Positions 62,755 through 64,000 of a DNA stretch of 64,000 nucleotides are shown piece after piece. Positions within the stretch are counted from its first letter, which is position 1. Each line of letters begins with the position of its first letter. The DNA lies in assembly GCF_016432865.1 (NCBI RefSeq), contig NC_067398.1, positions 444,106,001-444,170,000 of the forward strand, read 5' to 3'. The stretch is from Antechinus flavipes (Eukaryota). The notes beneath the pieces are model-generated. The model worked only from the letters and a program-made list of their open reading frames with translations. It searched no databases and was not told where the DNA came from. Both the position numbers and the translations under genes were made by a program.

Positions 62755-63380
62755 GGTCCATCAGCCAGCATCATGCCATCCATAGGTGGAACCATTAGTT
62801 AAAGCAAATGGAGAAGTTTTTAATGCTATGGATAAATTCACTTACCTTGACAGTATACTTTCCACGGATGAGAACATTGATAATGAGATTGATAAATGCA
62901 TTTCCAGAGCTAACTCACTATTTGGGAGGCTCTGAAAGAAAGTATGGTAGACAAGAATCAAAATTACTACCAAACTGAAGGTCCACAGAGCCCTTATGCT
63001 GACCTCACTATTGTATAGCTATAAAACCTGGGCAATATAGCAATTCCATGATAGGAAACCAAAACGCTTCTATTTGAGTTGTCTCAGGAAGATTTTGAGA
63101 TCACCTGGGACAACAAAATACCAGATACTGAGATGCTTTCTTGAGCTAAACTTCAAAGCAATCAAACTCTAATGCACAGCTTGCAGAACTCTGGTAATTC
63201 TGCATACAACGTAGGCACTCATATAATGGTCAGAAGAAATGATACAAGGACACTCTCAAGGTCTATCTGAAGATCTTTGGAATTGGAAGACAATGGTTAA
63301 GGATCATCTAACATGGCATGCCAGCAACAAAAAAGATGCTATGTTCTATGAGCAAAGCAGAATTAAAGTAGCTCAAAACA
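62755..63380 (+). mobile_element. Marsupial RTE LINE fragment (RT C-terminal region)
   Basis: Decayed translation ANGEVFNAMDKFTYL.SILS...IDNEIDKCISRANSLFGRL...TKLKVHRALMLTSLLY.YKTW...YKDTLKVYLK is RTE-clade-like. Confidence 0.85.
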
Positions 63381-64000
63381 AAACAAAACAAAAAAACAAA
63401 AAAACTAAATAAGAGTTCTGATCAGCCACAATTGTATATACTTCAACTTAACTGTAACATAGTGATGGCATTTTGTCTGTCTTTGAGAGTGAAGATCAAT
63501 AATCAACCAAACATCAAATTACTTTATTTCTTTAAGTCAATTAAAAGCTTATTTATCCCATAGTGTACCTTTGATTGGTTGATTAATGCAATGGAAGCCT
63601 GACTTTTATGTACTTATATTACAAAGGGCTGAGATAGAAACCTCCATACTTACATATAGATGACATTGATGTAATTGAAAGAACTACTAATTACTACCAC
63701 AGTTTAGCAGGGGATAATCTTGCCTTTCTGAGTCTTGGTTTACTCATTTTTAAAATGTGGGTATTAGAGTATATAAGCTATAAGTCCTAAAATTCTGGGC
63801 TTGAAAAAATATGACTGCCAAAAGTATAATTAAAAGATCATTTTTGGTTTGTTTGTTTGTTTGTTTTGTTTTTCAGAACACTTTCACTTCTATGATTGTT
63901 TTACAAGATAAAGAACATGAGCTTAGGACTGGAAACTGGCCCTTTAGGCTATCTGGTGATGTCCTTGGAATGCTAGCACCTGTTTTTCCCTCTTCATTTT

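Noticed and set aside
1-64000. CRISPR array, rRNA, snoRNA, miRNA or an identifiable host gene
   Set aside because: No regularly spaced repeat-spacer array and no sequence I recognise as these. No exon candidate could be tied to a named gene.

Overview
AT-rich, repeat-dense mammalian genomic DNA. The repeat set (WSINE1-type and MAR1-type CORE-SINEs, marsupial L1, RTE, RTE-tailed SINEs, an OC1-like hAT MITE) points to a dasyurid marsupial, plausibly Tasmanian devil. This is inference from remembered consensus sequences. There are two N gaps. I recognise no cellular protein-coding gene, RNA gene or CRISPR array. The meaningful ORFs in the track are L1 or CR1 remnants, and most others are simple-repeat, gap-spanning or antisense-repeat artefacts. 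The window looks like a large intron or intergenic DNA. Most of it is a nested TE record, often with readable target-site duplications (TSDs). Repeat-poor blocks at about 24.9-26.1, 40.0-44.4, 51.5-52.1 and 53.1-56.8 kb look like regulatory or conserved non-coding sequence and contain several unconfirmed exon or microexon candidates on both strands. I found no clearly new biological system. The best leads are a CpG-containing SRE-like palindrome beside a gap, microexon candidates, an OC1-like MITE, a 203-nt identical tract between two L1s, and ORF1-only L1 fragments. Coordinates of old repeats are approximate and identities were counted by eye.
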